Positions 37,261 through 47,723 of a DNA stretch of 64,000 nt are shown in pieces. Location of the stretch: contig CAYJEE010000001.1 in NCBI GenBank assembly GCA_964369145.1, positions 2,052 to 66,051 of the forward strand, in the 5' to 3' direction. A model generated the notes under the pieces. That model had not been told where the DNA came from and ran no database searches. It saw only the letters and a program-made list of their open reading frames with translations. The DNA is from an uncultured Candidatus Saccharibacteria bacterium (GTDB taxonomy: Bacteria; Patescibacteriota; Minisyncoccia; Phycocordibacterales; DATDWN01). Numbering within the stretch: the first letter of the stretch is position 1; each line of letters starts with the position of its first letter. A program made the position numbers and the translations under genes.

Positions 37261-37872
37261 ATGATTACTGGACCAAAATACAAAATTGCACGAAAACTTG
37301 GAGCCCCTGTGTTTGAAAAAACACAAACTCAAAAATACGCTCAACACCTTGAGCGTAAATCTCGTGTGAAAAAAAGTTTTGCTAAGCCAAAGTCAGAGTA
37401 TGCATTTCAACACAACGAAAAGCAAAAAGCTCGAATGGTATACGGTGTTTCAGAAAAACAATTTTCAAACTACGTAAAAACAGCGATTGAAAAGAAAGCA
37501 TCAAAAGCAGTAGGAGCTATCTACGAAGCGCTCGAGCTTCGACTCGACAATGCAGTTGCTCGTCTCGGTCTTGCTACTACACGACTTGCAGCGCGACAGA
37601 TGGTGTCACACGGACACATCACTGTAAATGGTACTAAAGTAACTATCCCTTCATACAAACTTTCATTGGGAGATGTGATCTCAATTCGAAAGGGAAGTGT
37701 TGAAAAACCTCTCTTTGCATCATTTGATGAACGTTTCAAAAGCCTTACAGTGCCTGCATGGTTGTCGTTTGATCCAAATGCGAAAACTGCGACAGTACAA
37801 GGTATGCCAAAAATGGAGCAAGGAAATACACTGTTTGACCTCGGAGCTGTGGTTGAATTCTACAGCAGATAA
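37261..37872 (+). CDS. rpsD: ribosomal protein S4
   Basis: S4 domain ...LDNAVARLGLATTRLAARQMVSHGHI. Confidence 0.9.
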   Translation: MITGPKYKIARKLGAPVFEKTQTQKYAQHLERKSRVKKSFAKPKSEYAFQHNEKQKARMVYGVSEKQFSNYVKTAIEKKASKAVGAIYEALELRLDNAVARLGLATTRLAARQMVSHGHITVNGTKVTIPSYKLSLGDVISIRKGSVEKPLFASFDERFKSLTVPAWLSFDPNAKTATVQGMPKMEQGNTLFDLGAVVEFYSR

Positions 37873-37943
37873 TATACAGCATATACGGTTGAAAATTTAT
37901 ATAAATAATGTATAATTTATAAACCAATTTTTAATAAAACATC

Positions 37944-38909
37944 ATGTCTGATTACACAATTGTATTACCATCAAAACCACGAATCGTCTCTGAAGAGAAG
38001 TTTTCTGGTGTCTATGAAATCGACGGTCTTTACCCAGGATACGGTCATACACTCGGTAACTCACTTCGACGTATCATCCTTTCGTCTCTTCCTGGTGCAG
38101 CGATCACATCAGTAAAGATTGCTGGTGCAGCACATGAATTTTCTGTACTTTCTGGTGTAAAAGAAGACGTGATTACTATTCTTTTGAACCTCAAACAAGT
38201 TCGAATGGCATTGACTTCAGATGAACCTCAGACAGTTACACTCAAAGTAAAGGGTGTTAAAAATGTAACAGCAGCTGATATCAAAGTATCTGGTCAGGTT
38301 GAAATCCTTACTCCAGAGCAACACATCGCTACACTGACAGATAAAAACTCAGAAATTGATATTGAAATCACTGTAGAAAAAGGTCTTGGTTTTGTAACTA
38401 AAGATGTACGAGAGAAAAATCGAGTAGATATCGGATCTATTGCAGTCGACTCTATCTTTACACCGATTCGACGAGTGAGTTATGAAGTAGAAAATATGCG
38501 AGTAGGTGACCGAACAGACTTCAACCGACTCCGAATCGCTATCTCAACAGATGGTACTCTTTCTCCTAAAGACGCTCTCGAACGATCAATCGAAATCATG
38601 ATCAACCAGCTCAAAGCGATTGTTGGTTTCAAAGAAGAGGAAGAACTTCCTGTGTCTAAAAATGTAGCAATCGATGAAGCAAGTGCGGGAGCTAAAAAAG
38701 AGGATGATGAAGATTTTCTTAAGACACGAATTGAAAACCTCGATCTCTCAGTGCGAACACTCAATGCACTTTCAAATGCAAACATCCGAACAGTAGGAGG
38801 TCTTGCTCGCAAGAAGGAGGAGGATATCCTCGAAATCGAAGGTATGGGAGCAAAAGGAGTATCTGAAATCAAGAAAGCTCTCGGAGAACACGGCATCACT
38901 TTAAAATAG
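37944..38909 (+). CDS. rpoA: RNA polymerase alpha subunit
   Basis: N-terminal dimerisation domain and alpha-CTD. Confidence 0.9.
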   Translation: MSDYTIVLPSKPRIVSEEKFSGVYEIDGLYPGYGHTLGNSLRRIILSSLPGAAITSVKIAGAAHEFSVLSGVKEDVITILLNLKQVRMALTSDEPQTVTLKVKGVKNVTAADIKVSGQVEILTPEQHIATLTDKNSEIDIEITVEKGLGFVTKDVREKNRVDIGSIAVDSIFTPIRRVSYEVENMRVGDRTDFNRLRIAISTDGTLSPKDALERSIEIMINQLKAIVGFKEEEELPVSKNVAIDEASAGAKKEDDEDFLKTRIENLDLSVRTLNALSNANIRTVGGLARKKEEDILEIEGMGAKGVSEIKKALGEHGITLK

Positions 38910-38939
38910 TCAACAGAGAATAGTCATTAGACAAAAATT

Positions 38940-39287
38940 ATGAACCACCACAAAGCAAACAGAAAATTCGGACGAGTTACAAAAGTACGAAACGCACTCA
39001 TGAAGTCGCTCGCACGCTCTTTGGTGTTGGAGGGTAAAATCAAGACTACTGATGCAAAAGCTCGAGAACTTCGACCATACGCAGAAAAAATCATTACTCA
39101 GGGTAAACTTGGTACACTTGCTTCACGACGACTCATCATCGCAAAGATAGGTGCTGATGGTGCCGAGAAAGTAGTAAAAGAAGTATCTCCTCGATACACT
39201 TCACGTGCAGGAGGGTATACTCGTATTACAAAGTTGCCAAGACGCTCTGGGGATGGTAGTCTAATGGCCTATATCGAATTAGTATAA
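38940..39287 (+). CDS. rplQ: ribosomal protein L17
   Basis: MNHHKANRKFGR... Confidence 0.9.
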   Translation: MNHHKANRKFGRVTKVRNALMKSLARSLVLEGKIKTTDAKARELRPYAEKIITQGKLGTLASRRLIIAKIGADGAEKVVKEVSPRYTSRAGGYTRITKLPRRSGDGSLMAYIELV

Positions 39288-39291
39288 ACCT

Positions 39292-39636
39292 ATGAAATAC
39301 ACACTCGACGCAGAAAACAAAAAACTCGGACGAATTGCAACAGAAATTGCAGTGCTTTTGATGGGTAAAAACAAAATCGATTTTGCTCGTAATGCTATGC
39401 CTGACGATCAGGTAGAAGTAAAAAATGCTTCAAAACTTTCAATAACTGACAAAAAAGCAGAAAGTACTGTATACAAAAACTATTCTGGATACCCAGGTGG
39501 TCTCACTATCAAACCTCTTTCAAAGGTTGCAGCAGAGCGAGGATACGCAGAAGCGCTCCGACGGACAGTTTCTGGAATGCTCCCAAAAAACAAACTTCGA
39601 GCACGAATGCTTAAGAATTTAACAATACACGAATAG
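39292..39636 (+). CDS. rplM: ribosomal protein L13
   Basis: ...KKLGRIATEIAVLLMGK...MLPKNKL. Confidence 0.85.
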   Translation: MKYTLDAENKKLGRIATEIAVLLMGKNKIDFARNAMPDDQVEVKNASKLSITDKKAESTVYKNYSGYPGGLTIKPLSKVAAERGYAEALRRTVSGMLPKNKLRARMLKNLTIHE

Positions 39637-39639
39637 AAT

Positions 39640-40044
39640 ATGGAAGATACAAAATCAGCAAAATACATAGAGGCAGTAGGACGACGCAAAACAGCAGTGG
39701 CGCGTGTTCGACTCACACCTGCATCTAAGAACTCTTTCCAGATCAACGAAAAAGATTTGGACTCATATTTTCCTACAGAAGAGATGCGACTGATCGTAAC
39801 TTCAGCAGTGAAGGAGGCAAAAGCGGGAACTTATAAAGTATCTGCAAAGCTTATCGGTGGAGGTATCCACTCACAGTCAGAAGCTCTCCGACATGCTATC
39901 TCACGAGCACTCGTAAAAGAAGATCCTCATACTCGAGGAGCTCTCAAGAAAGCAGGGATGCTCAAACGAGATCCACGAGCTAAAGAGCGACGAAAATTCG
40001 GTCTCAAGAAAGCGCGAAAGTCACCTCAGTGGTCAAAACGATAA
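39640..40044 (+). CDS. rpsI: ribosomal protein S9
   Basis: ...GRRKTAVARVRL...GGGIHSQSEALRHAISRAL... Confidence 0.9.
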   Translation: MEDTKSAKYIEAVGRRKTAVARVRLTPASKNSFQINEKDLDSYFPTEEMRLIVTSAVKEAKAGTYKVSAKLIGGGIHSQSEALRHAISRALVKEDPHTRGALKKAGMLKRDPRAKERRKFGLKKARKSPQWSKR

Positions 40045-40045
40045 T

Positions 40046-40074
40046 AAAAAAATCCCCATCTTGGGGATTTTTTT
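40046..40074 (+). terminator. aaaaaatccccatcttggggattttttt
   Basis: perfect terminator after rpsI. Confidence 0.7.
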
Positions 40075-40240
40075 AATGTTTGCATTTTTTTGTCCAAGAT
40101 CTATAATATATATCACAACCATAGATAAAACCCATCACCAAAAATTGCATCCTGCGTCGGTATCCGGCGAGGTGCGGATATCAATTGATATCACGAAAGA
40201 TGGTACCTCGCTCACTGAGCCTAGTGTAACTGCCGTTGTT

Positions 40241-40276
40241 GTAAAATGATCTCTTGAGAGATCATTTTACTTTTTG
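40241..40276 (+). promoter_or_regulatory. perfect 30-bp palindrome gtaaaatgatctct-tg-agagatcattttac + T run, about 75 bp upstream of grpE
   Basis: 14-bp perfect arms; a second hairpin after the rpsI terminator. Confidence 0.45.
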
Positions 40277-40346
40277 TATAAAAGTTTTTTATTGGAAAAT
40301 ATTAAGGTCTTTGATTTTATAAAATTTTCGAGTATAATCCACTCGT

Positions 40347-40982
40347 ATGAATGACGATCAACTAAAAAAAGATTTAGAAGAATCACTCGAAGATGCAGAA
40401 AATTCCCCTAGCCCAGGCCTAGGGGAAGATGAATCTAGTGAGGATGTAGATGATATTGTGTTTGAGGATAATACAGAGGTAACGGGAGCGGATTTTAATA
40501 AAAAATACAGTGCGCTCAAAGGGAAAGTAAAAGAGCTCGAAGCGAAAGCGACAGAATACCTCAATGGATGGCAGAGAGATAAAGCGGATTTTATAAACCT
40601 TCGAAAAAAAGATGAGGAGATGAAGAAAGGGATAGTCTCTCTTGCAAAAGAGGATTTGATCACTGAGCTCATCCCTGTACTCGATAGCTTTGAGTCTGCA
40701 ATGAAAAACAAAGAAGCATGGGAGAAGGTGGATGCAAACTGGAGGGTAGGGGTGGAGTACATTGCAAGCCAGCTTAACCAGACGCTTGAAAACAATGGTT
40801 TGAAGAAAGTGTACCCATTGGGCCAACCCTTCGATCATACTCGCGATGAGGCTATCGAAATGCTCCCTACAGAGGATAAGAGTAAAGATGGGGTAGTGGT
40901 GGAAGTAGTCCAAACCGGCTACATGTTTGGTGACCGTCTCGTGCGACCACCAAAGGTTAAAGTTGGTGAATATAATGTATAA
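40347..40982 (+). CDS. grpE: nucleotide exchange factor GrpE
   Basis: coiled-coil then ...LDSFESAMKN... and C-terminal beta domain. Confidence 0.85.
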   Translation: MNDDQLKKDLEESLEDAENSPSPGLGEDESSEDVDDIVFEDNTEVTGADFNKKYSALKGKVKELEAKATEYLNGWQRDKADFINLRKKDEEMKKGIVSLAKEDLITELIPVLDSFESAMKNKEAWEKVDANWRVGVEYIASQLNQTLENNGLKKVYPLGQPFDHTRDEAIEMLPTEDKSKDGVVVEVVQTGYMFGDRLVRPPKVKVGEYNV

Positions 40983-41030
40983 AACTTGCATAAAAATCAA
41001 AAGATATTATAATAGTTAACATGTTAAGTA

Positions 41031-41090
41031 TCCGTATTGCATTTCATTCGTAACCATTCGTAGATTCGCATTATTCGTTAATTCGTATAT
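41031..41090 (+). promoter_or_regulatory. five tandem degenerate 8-10-bp repeats (ATTCGTA core) immediately upstream of dnaK
   Basis: cores at 41046, 41056, 41064, 41073 and 41081. Confidence 0.35.
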
Positions 41091-41097
41091 TACACAT

Positions 41098-43002
41098 ATG
41101 TCTAAAATTATAGGTATCGATCTTGGAACAACAAACTCAGCCGTCGCAGTCATGGAAGTAGGTGCTCCAAAAATCCTTGAAAACACAGAGGGTGCACGTA
41201 CCACTCCGTCTATTGTCGCTGTTTCAAAAACAGGTGAGCGTCTCGTGGGACTTCTCGCAAAGCGACAAGCAGTGACCAACCCAAAGAACACTATCTTTGG
41301 TATCAAGCGATTCATCGGTCACTCATATGACGATGCTGCAGTACAGAAAGATAAGGGTATTGTGCCGTATGAAATGTCAAAAGCTCCCTCTGGAGGCGTA
41401 CTTGTCACACTCAATGGAAAACAATATTCTCCAGAAGAAGTGTCAGCGATGATCATTTCAAAACTCAAAGCAGATGCAGAAGCAAAGCTTGGTGAGAAAG
41501 TGACTCAGGCTATCATCACCGTACCTGCGTATTTCAACGACACTCAGCGAAAAGCAACAAAAGACGCAGGAGCAATCGCAGGACTCGAAGTGTTGCGTAT
41601 CATCAACGAACCGACAGCAGCAGCGCTCGCGTACGGTTTCGACAAAAATCGAAAAGATGAAAAAATCGTAGTCTTTGACTTCGGAGGAGGTACCTTCGAC
41701 GTTTCAGTACTCGAAGTGGACGTGGATGAAGTCGGTGGAGATATCAAGGTGAAAGCAACAGACGGAGACTCACACTTGGGAGGTAAAGATATCGACCAGA
41801 AAATCATCAACTTTTTGGCGGATGAATTTAAAAAAGAATCAGGTATCGATGTACGTAACGACGCACTCGCACTCCAGCGTCTCGATGAGGCAGCAGAAAA
41901 GGCAAAAATCGAGCTCTCTTCAGCACAGGAGTCAGAAGTAAATATTCCATTTATCACTTCAGACTCATCTGGTCCACGACACCTCTTGGTAAAAATCACT
42001 CGAGCAAAACTCGAAGAACTCGCGGATGAATTTATCGAGCGAGCAATGCAGATCACAAAACGAGCGATGGAAGCATCGGGCTTTGACAAGTCTGCGATCA
42101 ATGAAGTAATCCTCGTTGGAGGTCAGACTCGAATGCCAAAAATGGCTGAGCGAGTGAAAGAATTTTTCAACAAAGAGCCAAACAAATCTATCAACCCAGA
42201 CGAAGTGGTAGCACTCGGTGCTGCGATCCAGGGAGGTATCCTTTCTGGAGATGTAAAAGACGTGCTCCTGCTCGATGTGATCCCACTCTCACTTGGTATT
42301 GAGACAATGGGAAATGTGTCTACAAAACTCATTGAACGAAACACCACAATCCCTGCATCTAAATCTCAGGTATTTTCTACTGCAGCGGACAACCAAACAT
42401 CTGTAGAGATTCATATCACCCAAGGTGAACGAGCGATGGCAGCAGACAACAAGTCTCTCGGTCGCTTTATCCTCGATGGTATCCCACCAGCGCCACGTGG
42501 TATGCCACAAGTAGAAGTGACTTTCGATGTGGATGCAAACGGAATACTTTCAGTAAAAGCAAAAGACAAAGCGACAAACAAAGAGCAGTCGATCCGTATC
42601 GAAGCACGCTCAGGACTTTCAAAAGAAGATATCGAACGAATGCAGAAAGACGCTGAAGCTCATGCTGCTGATGATCAGAAAAAGCGAGACCTCGCTGAGG
42701 CGAAAAATATTGCAGAGCAGATGACGTACACTGCAGAAAAAGCACTCAAAGACAATGGAGATAAAGTAAGTACAGAAATTAAAGAAGGTGTGGAAGCAAA
42801 AATTGCAGAACTCAAGACAGCGAAAGATGGCACTGATATTGAAGCAATGAAAAAAGCGACAGAAGCACTCTCAACTGAAATGTCTAAAATAGGAGAAGCG
42901 ATGAGTAAAGCGTCTCCTGAACAACCTGCAGGTGAAGCTCCAAAAACTGAAGGAGAAAATGTAAGAGAAGCAGAATTTGAAGAGAAAAAAGAGAATAATT
43001 AA
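41098..43002 (+). CDS. dnaK: chaperone DnaK (Hsp70)
   Basis: [14 protein letters not shown]..., [12 protein letters not shown]... Confidence 0.95.
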   Translation: MSKIIGIDLGTTNSAVAVMEVGAPKILENTEGARTTPSIVAVSKTGERLVGLLAKRQAVTNPKNTIFGIKRFIGHSYDDAAVQKDKGIVPYEMSKAPSGGVLVTLNGKQYSPEEVSAMIISKLKADAEAKLGEKVTQAIITVPAYFNDTQRKATKDAGAIAGLEVLRIINEPTAAALAYGFDKNRKDEKIVVFDFGGGTFDVSVLEVDVDEVGGDIKVKATDGDSHLGGKDIDQKIINFLADEFKKESGIDVRNDALALQRLDEAAEKAKIELSSAQESEVNIPFITSDSSGPRHLLVKITRAKLEELADEFIERAMQITKRAMEASGFDKSAINEVILVGGQTRMPKMAERVKEFFNKEPNKSINPDEVVALGAAIQGGILSGDVKDVLLLDVIPLSLGIETMGNVSTKLIERNTTIPASKSQVFSTAADNQTSVEIHITQGERAMAADNKSLGRFILDGIPPAPRGMPQVEVTFDVDANGILSVKAKDKATNKEQSIRIEARSGLSKEDIERMQKDAEAHAADDQKKRDLAEAKNIAEQMTYTAEKALKDNGDKVSTEIKEGVEAKIAELKTAKDGTDIEAMKKATEALSTEMSKIGEAMSKASPEQPAGEAPKTEGENVREAEFEEKKENN

Positions 43003-43031
43003 TTTAATTTTAGAACGTCCTCGCCTTTTAT

Positions 43032-43130
43032 CAAACAAAACACAATTTTCTCTGCCTCCCGCTAATTCCCTCTGGTCACCCCTGAGTACAGGGGCAGGCG
43101 CTCACGGCTAGAGAAAATTGTTGTTGTTTG
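43032..43130. repeat. 22-bp inverted repeat arms enclosing an internal cccctg-agta-cagggg hairpin
   Basis: caaacaaaacacaattttctct versus agagaaaattgttgttgtttg. Confidence 0.4.
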
Positions 43131-43232
43131 AAATAAAAGCCTGCGAATGTTCAAAAAGTTAAATCAATTATTCTTTAGTGATAGGTAGGAAAAAGACCGG
43201 GAGCGTGTGCTCACCGGTCTTTGGTCTCCGCT

Positions 43233-43526
43233 TCATACAGTTTGGAAGTGATCCTGGTAGAATCTTCCAACAAGATCTTCCGGTGCTTCCAGAGTATCGC
43301 CTTTAGGTAAAGAATCTTTCGTGATGTATTCTGTATCACGCGATCCTTTAACTAATACAGCAATATACTCCGTATCGCCCTTCGTTAGTGTCCAGCTTTT
43401 GGTCGAGCCGGTTTTCGATAACCAGCCTGACCTAGTCAAGAAAAGGTAAACTTCTGTCTCGGTGATGAAACTACCGTACAAAGAAGCTCCGTTTAGCCGT
43501 ACAAAATACATGCAGACCTCCTCCAT
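43233..43526 (-). CDS. hypothetical protein (97 aa)
   Basis: ORF only, between dnaK and dnaJ on the opposite strand. Confidence 0.3.
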   Translation of the reverse strand: MEEVCMYFVRLNGASLYGSFITETEVYLFLTRSGWLSKTGSTKSWTLTKGDTEYIAVLVKGSRDTEYITKDSLPKGDTLEAPEDLVGRFYQDHFQTV

Positions 43527-43570
43527 TAACCCTACTTGAATTTACAGGTACGTCAAGTATACTATCAATC

Positions 43571-44659
43571 ATGGCAAACAAAGACTATTATCAAATTCTT
43601 GGTGTTCAAAAAGGCGCATCAAAAGACGAAATTAAAAAAGCGTTTCGTACGCTCGCGCACAAATATCACCCTGACAAAGGCGGTGATGCAGAAAAGTTTA
43701 AAGAAATAAACGAAGCGTATGGAGTGCTTTCAGATGACAAAAAGAAAGCGACGTATGACCAGTATGGCTCTGCAGATGCGGGAGCAGGCTTCGGTGGTGG
43801 CAATCCATTTGGTGGAGGAGCAGGCTTCGGTGGTTTTGATTTCTCTGGATTCCAGCAAGGAGGCCAAGGTGGTGGTTTTGAATTCGATATGGGAGACCTT
43901 TTTGGTGATATGTTTGGAGGAGGGAGACAGTCGCGAGCACCGCGAGGCTCTGATATCCAAGTAGACCTCGAACTTTCTTTTGAAGACGCAGTCTTCGGTA
44001 CAGAACATACATTTTCTCTCAACAAAACATCAGTCTGTGATCATTGTGGAGGCAACGGAGCTGAAAAAGGAAGTGATCTCACGACATGTTCTACCTGTGA
44101 CGGAAAAGGAAAGGTGAAAGAAATTAAAAGTACTATTTTTGGACAGTTTGAGTCTGCAGCAGTCTGTCGCACCTGTCATGGAAAAGGTAAGGTACCAAAG
44201 GTGAAATGCTCTGTATGTAAAGGTCACGGAGTGCACCGCAAACCTACAGAAATAAAAGTAAAAATCCCTGCAGGAATAAATGCAGGTGAGATGGTGCGTC
44301 TCTCTGGTGGAGGAGAAGCTGTCGAAGGTGGGGCATCCGGAGATCTCTATATCCGCATGCACATAAAAAAGCATCCATACTTTTCAAAAGTCGATCACAA
44401 TCTCGTAATGGACAAGAAAATCAAACTCACTGATGCACTTTTAGGTACAAGCTACGATATTAAAACTCTTGATGGAGATATTTCACTGAAAATACCCGAA
44501 GGCATCCAGCATGGAGAAGTTCTCAAGATTAAAGGTAAGGGTGTGCCGTATGACGGATCAAAACGTGGTGATATTTTAGTACGAGTACTGATCGATATTC
44601 CGAAACTCTCACGAAACAGTCGAAAGCTCATCGAAGAACTAAAAAAGGAAGGTATCTAA
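43571..44659 (+). CDS. dnaJ: chaperone DnaJ
   Basis: J domain HPD (KYHPDKGG), G/F region, 4x CxxCxGxG zinc fingers. Confidence 0.9.
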   Translation: MANKDYYQILGVQKGASKDEIKKAFRTLAHKYHPDKGGDAEKFKEINEAYGVLSDDKKKATYDQYGSADAGAGFGGGNPFGGGAGFGGFDFSGFQQGGQGGGFEFDMGDLFGDMFGGGRQSRAPRGSDIQVDLELSFEDAVFGTEHTFSLNKTSVCDHCGGNGAEKGSDLTTCSTCDGKGKVKEIKSTIFGQFESAAVCRTCHGKGKVPKVKCSVCKGHGVHRKPTEIKVKIPAGINAGEMVRLSGGGEAVEGGASGDLYIRMHIKKHPYFSKVDHNLVMDKKIKLTDALLGTSYDIKTLDGDISLKIPEGIQHGEVLKIKGKGVPYDGSKRGDILVRVLIDIPKLSRNSRKLIEELKKEGI

Positions 44660-44733
44660 ACTCCGCCCTAGGGTACCCCTTTGGCGGATTACATACATAT
44701 CCACAAGGATAAATAAGAAAATTTGATATACTT

Positions 44734-45195
44734 ATGAGTATGAATTTTCCTACAGATGTTCTTGTGATTGTTGGTATAGTAGTCGTCGGTACCTTTTTTA
44801 CTTTTTTCTTTGGAAAGAGTAGGGGAGTGACAGCGATCCTCTCGCTTTTCGGTGCAATACCTTTGTTCCAAGCTTTTCCTTTTACCACCAAACTCACCGT
44901 AGCGACTGGCGCACTCCCACAAGCACTCAATGTAGTTGGTATATTTTTAGTGTTTGTTATCTTTTTGTATTTTTTACTTGATCGATATGTAGTGGGGGAT
45001 TTTGTGGAGGGTAATTTTTTCAAATCAGTGCTTATGGGTATTGCATTTACTGCAGTTATACTTGCTCTTGTTTATTTTGTTCTCCCATTTGATGCGATCT
45101 ATGATTTCAAACCAAACATCGACCAGTGGTTTTCTGGTAACTTTGGGCTTTTCTGGTGGATCCTCGCTCCACTTGTGATTATTTTCTTTATGTAG
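44734..45195 (+). CDS. membrane protein (153 aa)
   Basis: 4 TM segments. Confidence 0.4.
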   Translation: MSMNFPTDVLVIVGIVVVGTFFTFFFGKSRGVTAILSLFGAIPLFQAFPFTTKLTVATGALPQALNVVGIFLVFVIFLYFLLDRYVVGDFVEGNFFKSVLMGIAFTAVILALVYFVLPFDAIYDFKPNIDQWFSGNFGLFWWILAPLVIIFFM

Positions 45196-45275
45196 GTGTT
45201 GACATGCTTATTCCTTATAGTAGCATTATAAATGGACGCTCTTCTGGGCGTACTATTAAGGTAGAAGGTGTAAAT

Positions 45276-45488
45276 ATGAATAACAGCAATGTCCCTTTCC
45301 TTGTCCGAGATGACGACTTCCGAAAGTCTTCTTGGTCAAAGAATAACCCGAAGACGTGTGTACTGGTTGCCAAAAAACCAGAAGGTGTCGCTCTTCGCGA
45401 CAGTAAAGATCCCGACAAGAAGACACTTTTCTTCAATCATGAAGAGTGGGATGCGTTCCTTGCTGGTGTTAAAGGGGGTGAGTTTTAA
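45276..45488 (+). CDS. DUF397-family small protein (70 aa), orphan
   Basis: FRKSSWS...CVLVAK.PEGVALRDSKDP...FF..EEWDAFLAGVKGGEF matches the actinobacterial DUF397 consensus; aaggtg SD-like upstream. Confidence 0.55.
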   Translation: MNNSNVPFLVRDDDFRKSSWSKNNPKTCVLVAKKPEGVALRDSKDPDKKTLFFNHEEWDAFLAGVKGGEF

Positions 45489-45568
45489 ACCACTCTCTTG
45501 CGATAATACGGGCAAGTCAAAAACTTGTCCGTATTTACTTATTCTAAATACCTATCAAACATCATTTT

Positions 45569-46051
45569 ATGAAAAAATTTTTATACATTATACCTGGATG
45601 GGAAGAAACCTGTCGGCGTAAACCCTACAAACAATTGAAAATTGTTGCAGAAAAAAAAGGTTACAAAGTGGTATCTATAAAAGTCGATTGGAAGAAACCC
45701 TTATCTGGTCAGCTTTTTGTTGTAGAAAAAGAAGCAATTGTTTTTGGTTTTTCTCTTGGCGCTATACTAGGATGGCTTGTGGCACAAAAGTACCCTTGCA
45801 AACATTTAATTTTAGCATCTATGACTCCGCATAGCAGTTTCAAAGATCCTAAAATTAAAAAACTATTGATTGAAATAACTGGCGCTACGTTTGTCTTTGA
45901 TATCAATGCTAATCTTAAGAAAAATCATCGAGCAGAAAATCAAACTATAATTTACGGGGATCAGGAAGAAGAAAAAGCTGATATTTTAGTTACCAACACT
46001 CAACATGAACTTACCTCTAACTATATAAAGGTAATTGAGAAGCTTTTGTAA
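45569..46051 (+). CDS. small alpha/beta-hydrolase-fold protein
   Basis: GFSLG nucleophile elbow. Confidence 0.45.
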   Translation: MKKFLYIIPGWEETCRRKPYKQLKIVAEKKGYKVVSIKVDWKKPLSGQLFVVEKEAIVFGFSLGAILGWLVAQKYPCKHLILASMTPHSSFKDPKIKKLLIEITGATFVFDINANLKKNHRAENQTIIYGDQEEEKADILVTNTQHELTSNYIKVIEKLL

Positions 46052-46256
46052 GAATTATAGGTCAAATAACTTGGCAATTTTAAAGTATTTTTCAGAGGGT
46101 TTCTAGAAATGGCTCAATAAAGCCATTTATTTTAGTGTTTGTAAAGTCAATAGAATAACTGTGGATAACTATTGACAATTTTTTAAAAAGGGTTAGAGTT
46201 TACATCAGATAGGGACACAGATCCCTCAACATTTCTTTCATAAGGAGTGGAAAGCC

Positions 46257-47090
46257 ATGCGCCCCACCAATCGTTTTGCGATCGTTACTTTTTTGGTTGC
46301 TTTGATGTTCTGTGCAACCACGCCCGCAACCGCCCAGTTTTTGCCCGGTAACGAACCAGTTGGGGTTTACCCCCAACCCGGACCCTACCAGAACCCCGTC
46401 GCGGTGAGTCTCGTCGAAAATGGGGGCACTGTTGCCCTCAAGGTCCAACTGACCTACAGCCGTACCTGCATCGGGATATACTCCGCGTTCGTCCAGCTCG
46501 AAAGGGAGGTGTCCGGCAATTGGATTGGGCAAGGCGCTCAGGTACCGGTCCAGCTCGGACGTTTCGGCCGAGGTCCACTCGACAAAACACTCCGTACGGC
46601 GGCGGTCTTCACTCCGCCAGATGGAGGAGGGTTTGCGACCGGTGACTACAGGCTCAAGATCTCACCCTGGCTCTTTACGGGTGACGGGTGCCCGGTGTCG
46701 CAATACATAACCCACATCGAAACCCCTTTTCTCCACATCGGCGCCGGCTTCAACGGCAGGCTGTCGAGTGTGGGAAAAACCAGTATACCATCTCTCAACG
46801 ATGGTAAGCTGGAATTCCAGGCAATTTTGGTTAGTCGTACCAGACTCACCATTTTCCAAGAATTTGGTTCCGAAAAGGTAGTGGGGCTCTCCGAGGACTA
46901 CCCGGCAGGAAACACGAGCATCAAGACGAATCTCCATCCGGAATTTCGTCCTGGTCTGCCCATTAAGGTGCATATCCTTGATCTGGAGTCTGGCGACTCG
47001 ACCGTCGCCACGCTCTTCGAGCCAGCACCGAATGTTCGTTTTAATGCCATCCCTCGGAATACCGAGGGTGGCCAACCGGAGTGGCAATAG
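46257..47090 (+). CDS. secreted hypothetical protein, GC-richer, strong AAGGAG SD
   Basis: signal peptide ...LVALMFCATTPATAQ; TTGACA-N16-TAGAGT promoter-like and AAGGAG 8 nt upstream. Confidence 0.5.
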   Translation: MRPTNRFAIVTFLVALMFCATTPATAQFLPGNEPVGVYPQPGPYQNPVAVSLVENGGTVALKVQLTYSRTCIGIYSAFVQLEREVSGNWIGQGAQVPVQLGRFGRGPLDKTLRTAAVFTPPDGGGFATGDYRLKISPWLFTGDGCPVSQYITHIETPFLHIGAGFNGRLSSVGKTSIPSLNDGKLEFQAILVSRTRLTIFQEFGSEKVVGLSEDYPAGNTSIKTNLHPEFRPGLPIKVHILDLESGDSTVATLFEPAPNVRFNAIPRNTEGGQPEWQ

Positions 47091-47216
47091 CCACTCCACA
47101 ACAATACAGCCGCCATACCCCTCGAGGTCGTGGCGGCTTTTACCATATATAAATTCTTTATCCACACTTTTTGATTTTACACAGTATTGTTTTTTTCTCT
47201 GTGATATAATTTCTTC

Positions 47217-47723
47217 ATGGAAACAACTAAAAAGTCACTTTTAATTTTTCTCGGTTTACTAATTGTTGGAGGGAGTGCGTACGGTACATTTTATCTTTTA
47301 AAAAAATATATTAGTCGCACAGAGAATGAACCACTCGTAACCATGGATCAGCCAGCAAGCTCGACACCTGTTATTTCTGGTTTTGAACAGAATTTGCACA
47401 ACGAGGTTCCGTCAGTGTTACCAAAAGATGTATTGTTTGAAAAAAATGTGACCGTCGTGGAAAGCTTTACAGTGAAAAATGCTCCTGGTACACAATATAC
47501 ATATAGGTATATCTCAAAACTTTCTTTTGGGGAAAACTATTCTTATTTTTTTAAAACACTTCGTAATGCTGGCTGGGAAACAAAAACTGTCACTCGTACT
47601 GATAACGACTGGTTTATGTTTTTTGCTAAACCAAAGCAAGAGTTGAATATTTCATATTCTTTTAATAAAGAAACGAAGGTAGGTATTATAGATATTACAT
47701 TCTTACAGAAAAACAATGAATAA
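47217..47723 (+). CDS. membrane-anchored hypothetical protein
   Basis: N-terminal TM anchor. Confidence 0.4.
   Translation: METTKKSLLIFLGLLIVGGSAYGTFYLLKKYISRTENEPLVTMDQPASSTPVISGFEQNLHNEVPSVLPKDVLFEKNVTVVESFTVKNAPGTQYTYRYISKLSFGENYSYFFKTLRNAGWETKTVTRTDNDWFMFFAKPKQELNISYSFNKETKVGIIDITFLQKNNE

Noticed and set aside
40210-40230. CIRCE-like CACT-N6-AGTG upstream of grpE
   Set aside because: Spacing and half-sites do not match TTAGCACTC-N9-GAGTGCTAA.
40061-40249. 62-aa ORF after rpsI
   Set aside because: Starts inside the rpsI terminator and ends in the 30-bp palindrome; not coding-like.
40358-41000. 145-aa and 193-aa minus-strand ORFs
   Set aside because: Antisense to grpE; Ser-rich composition typical of shadow frames.
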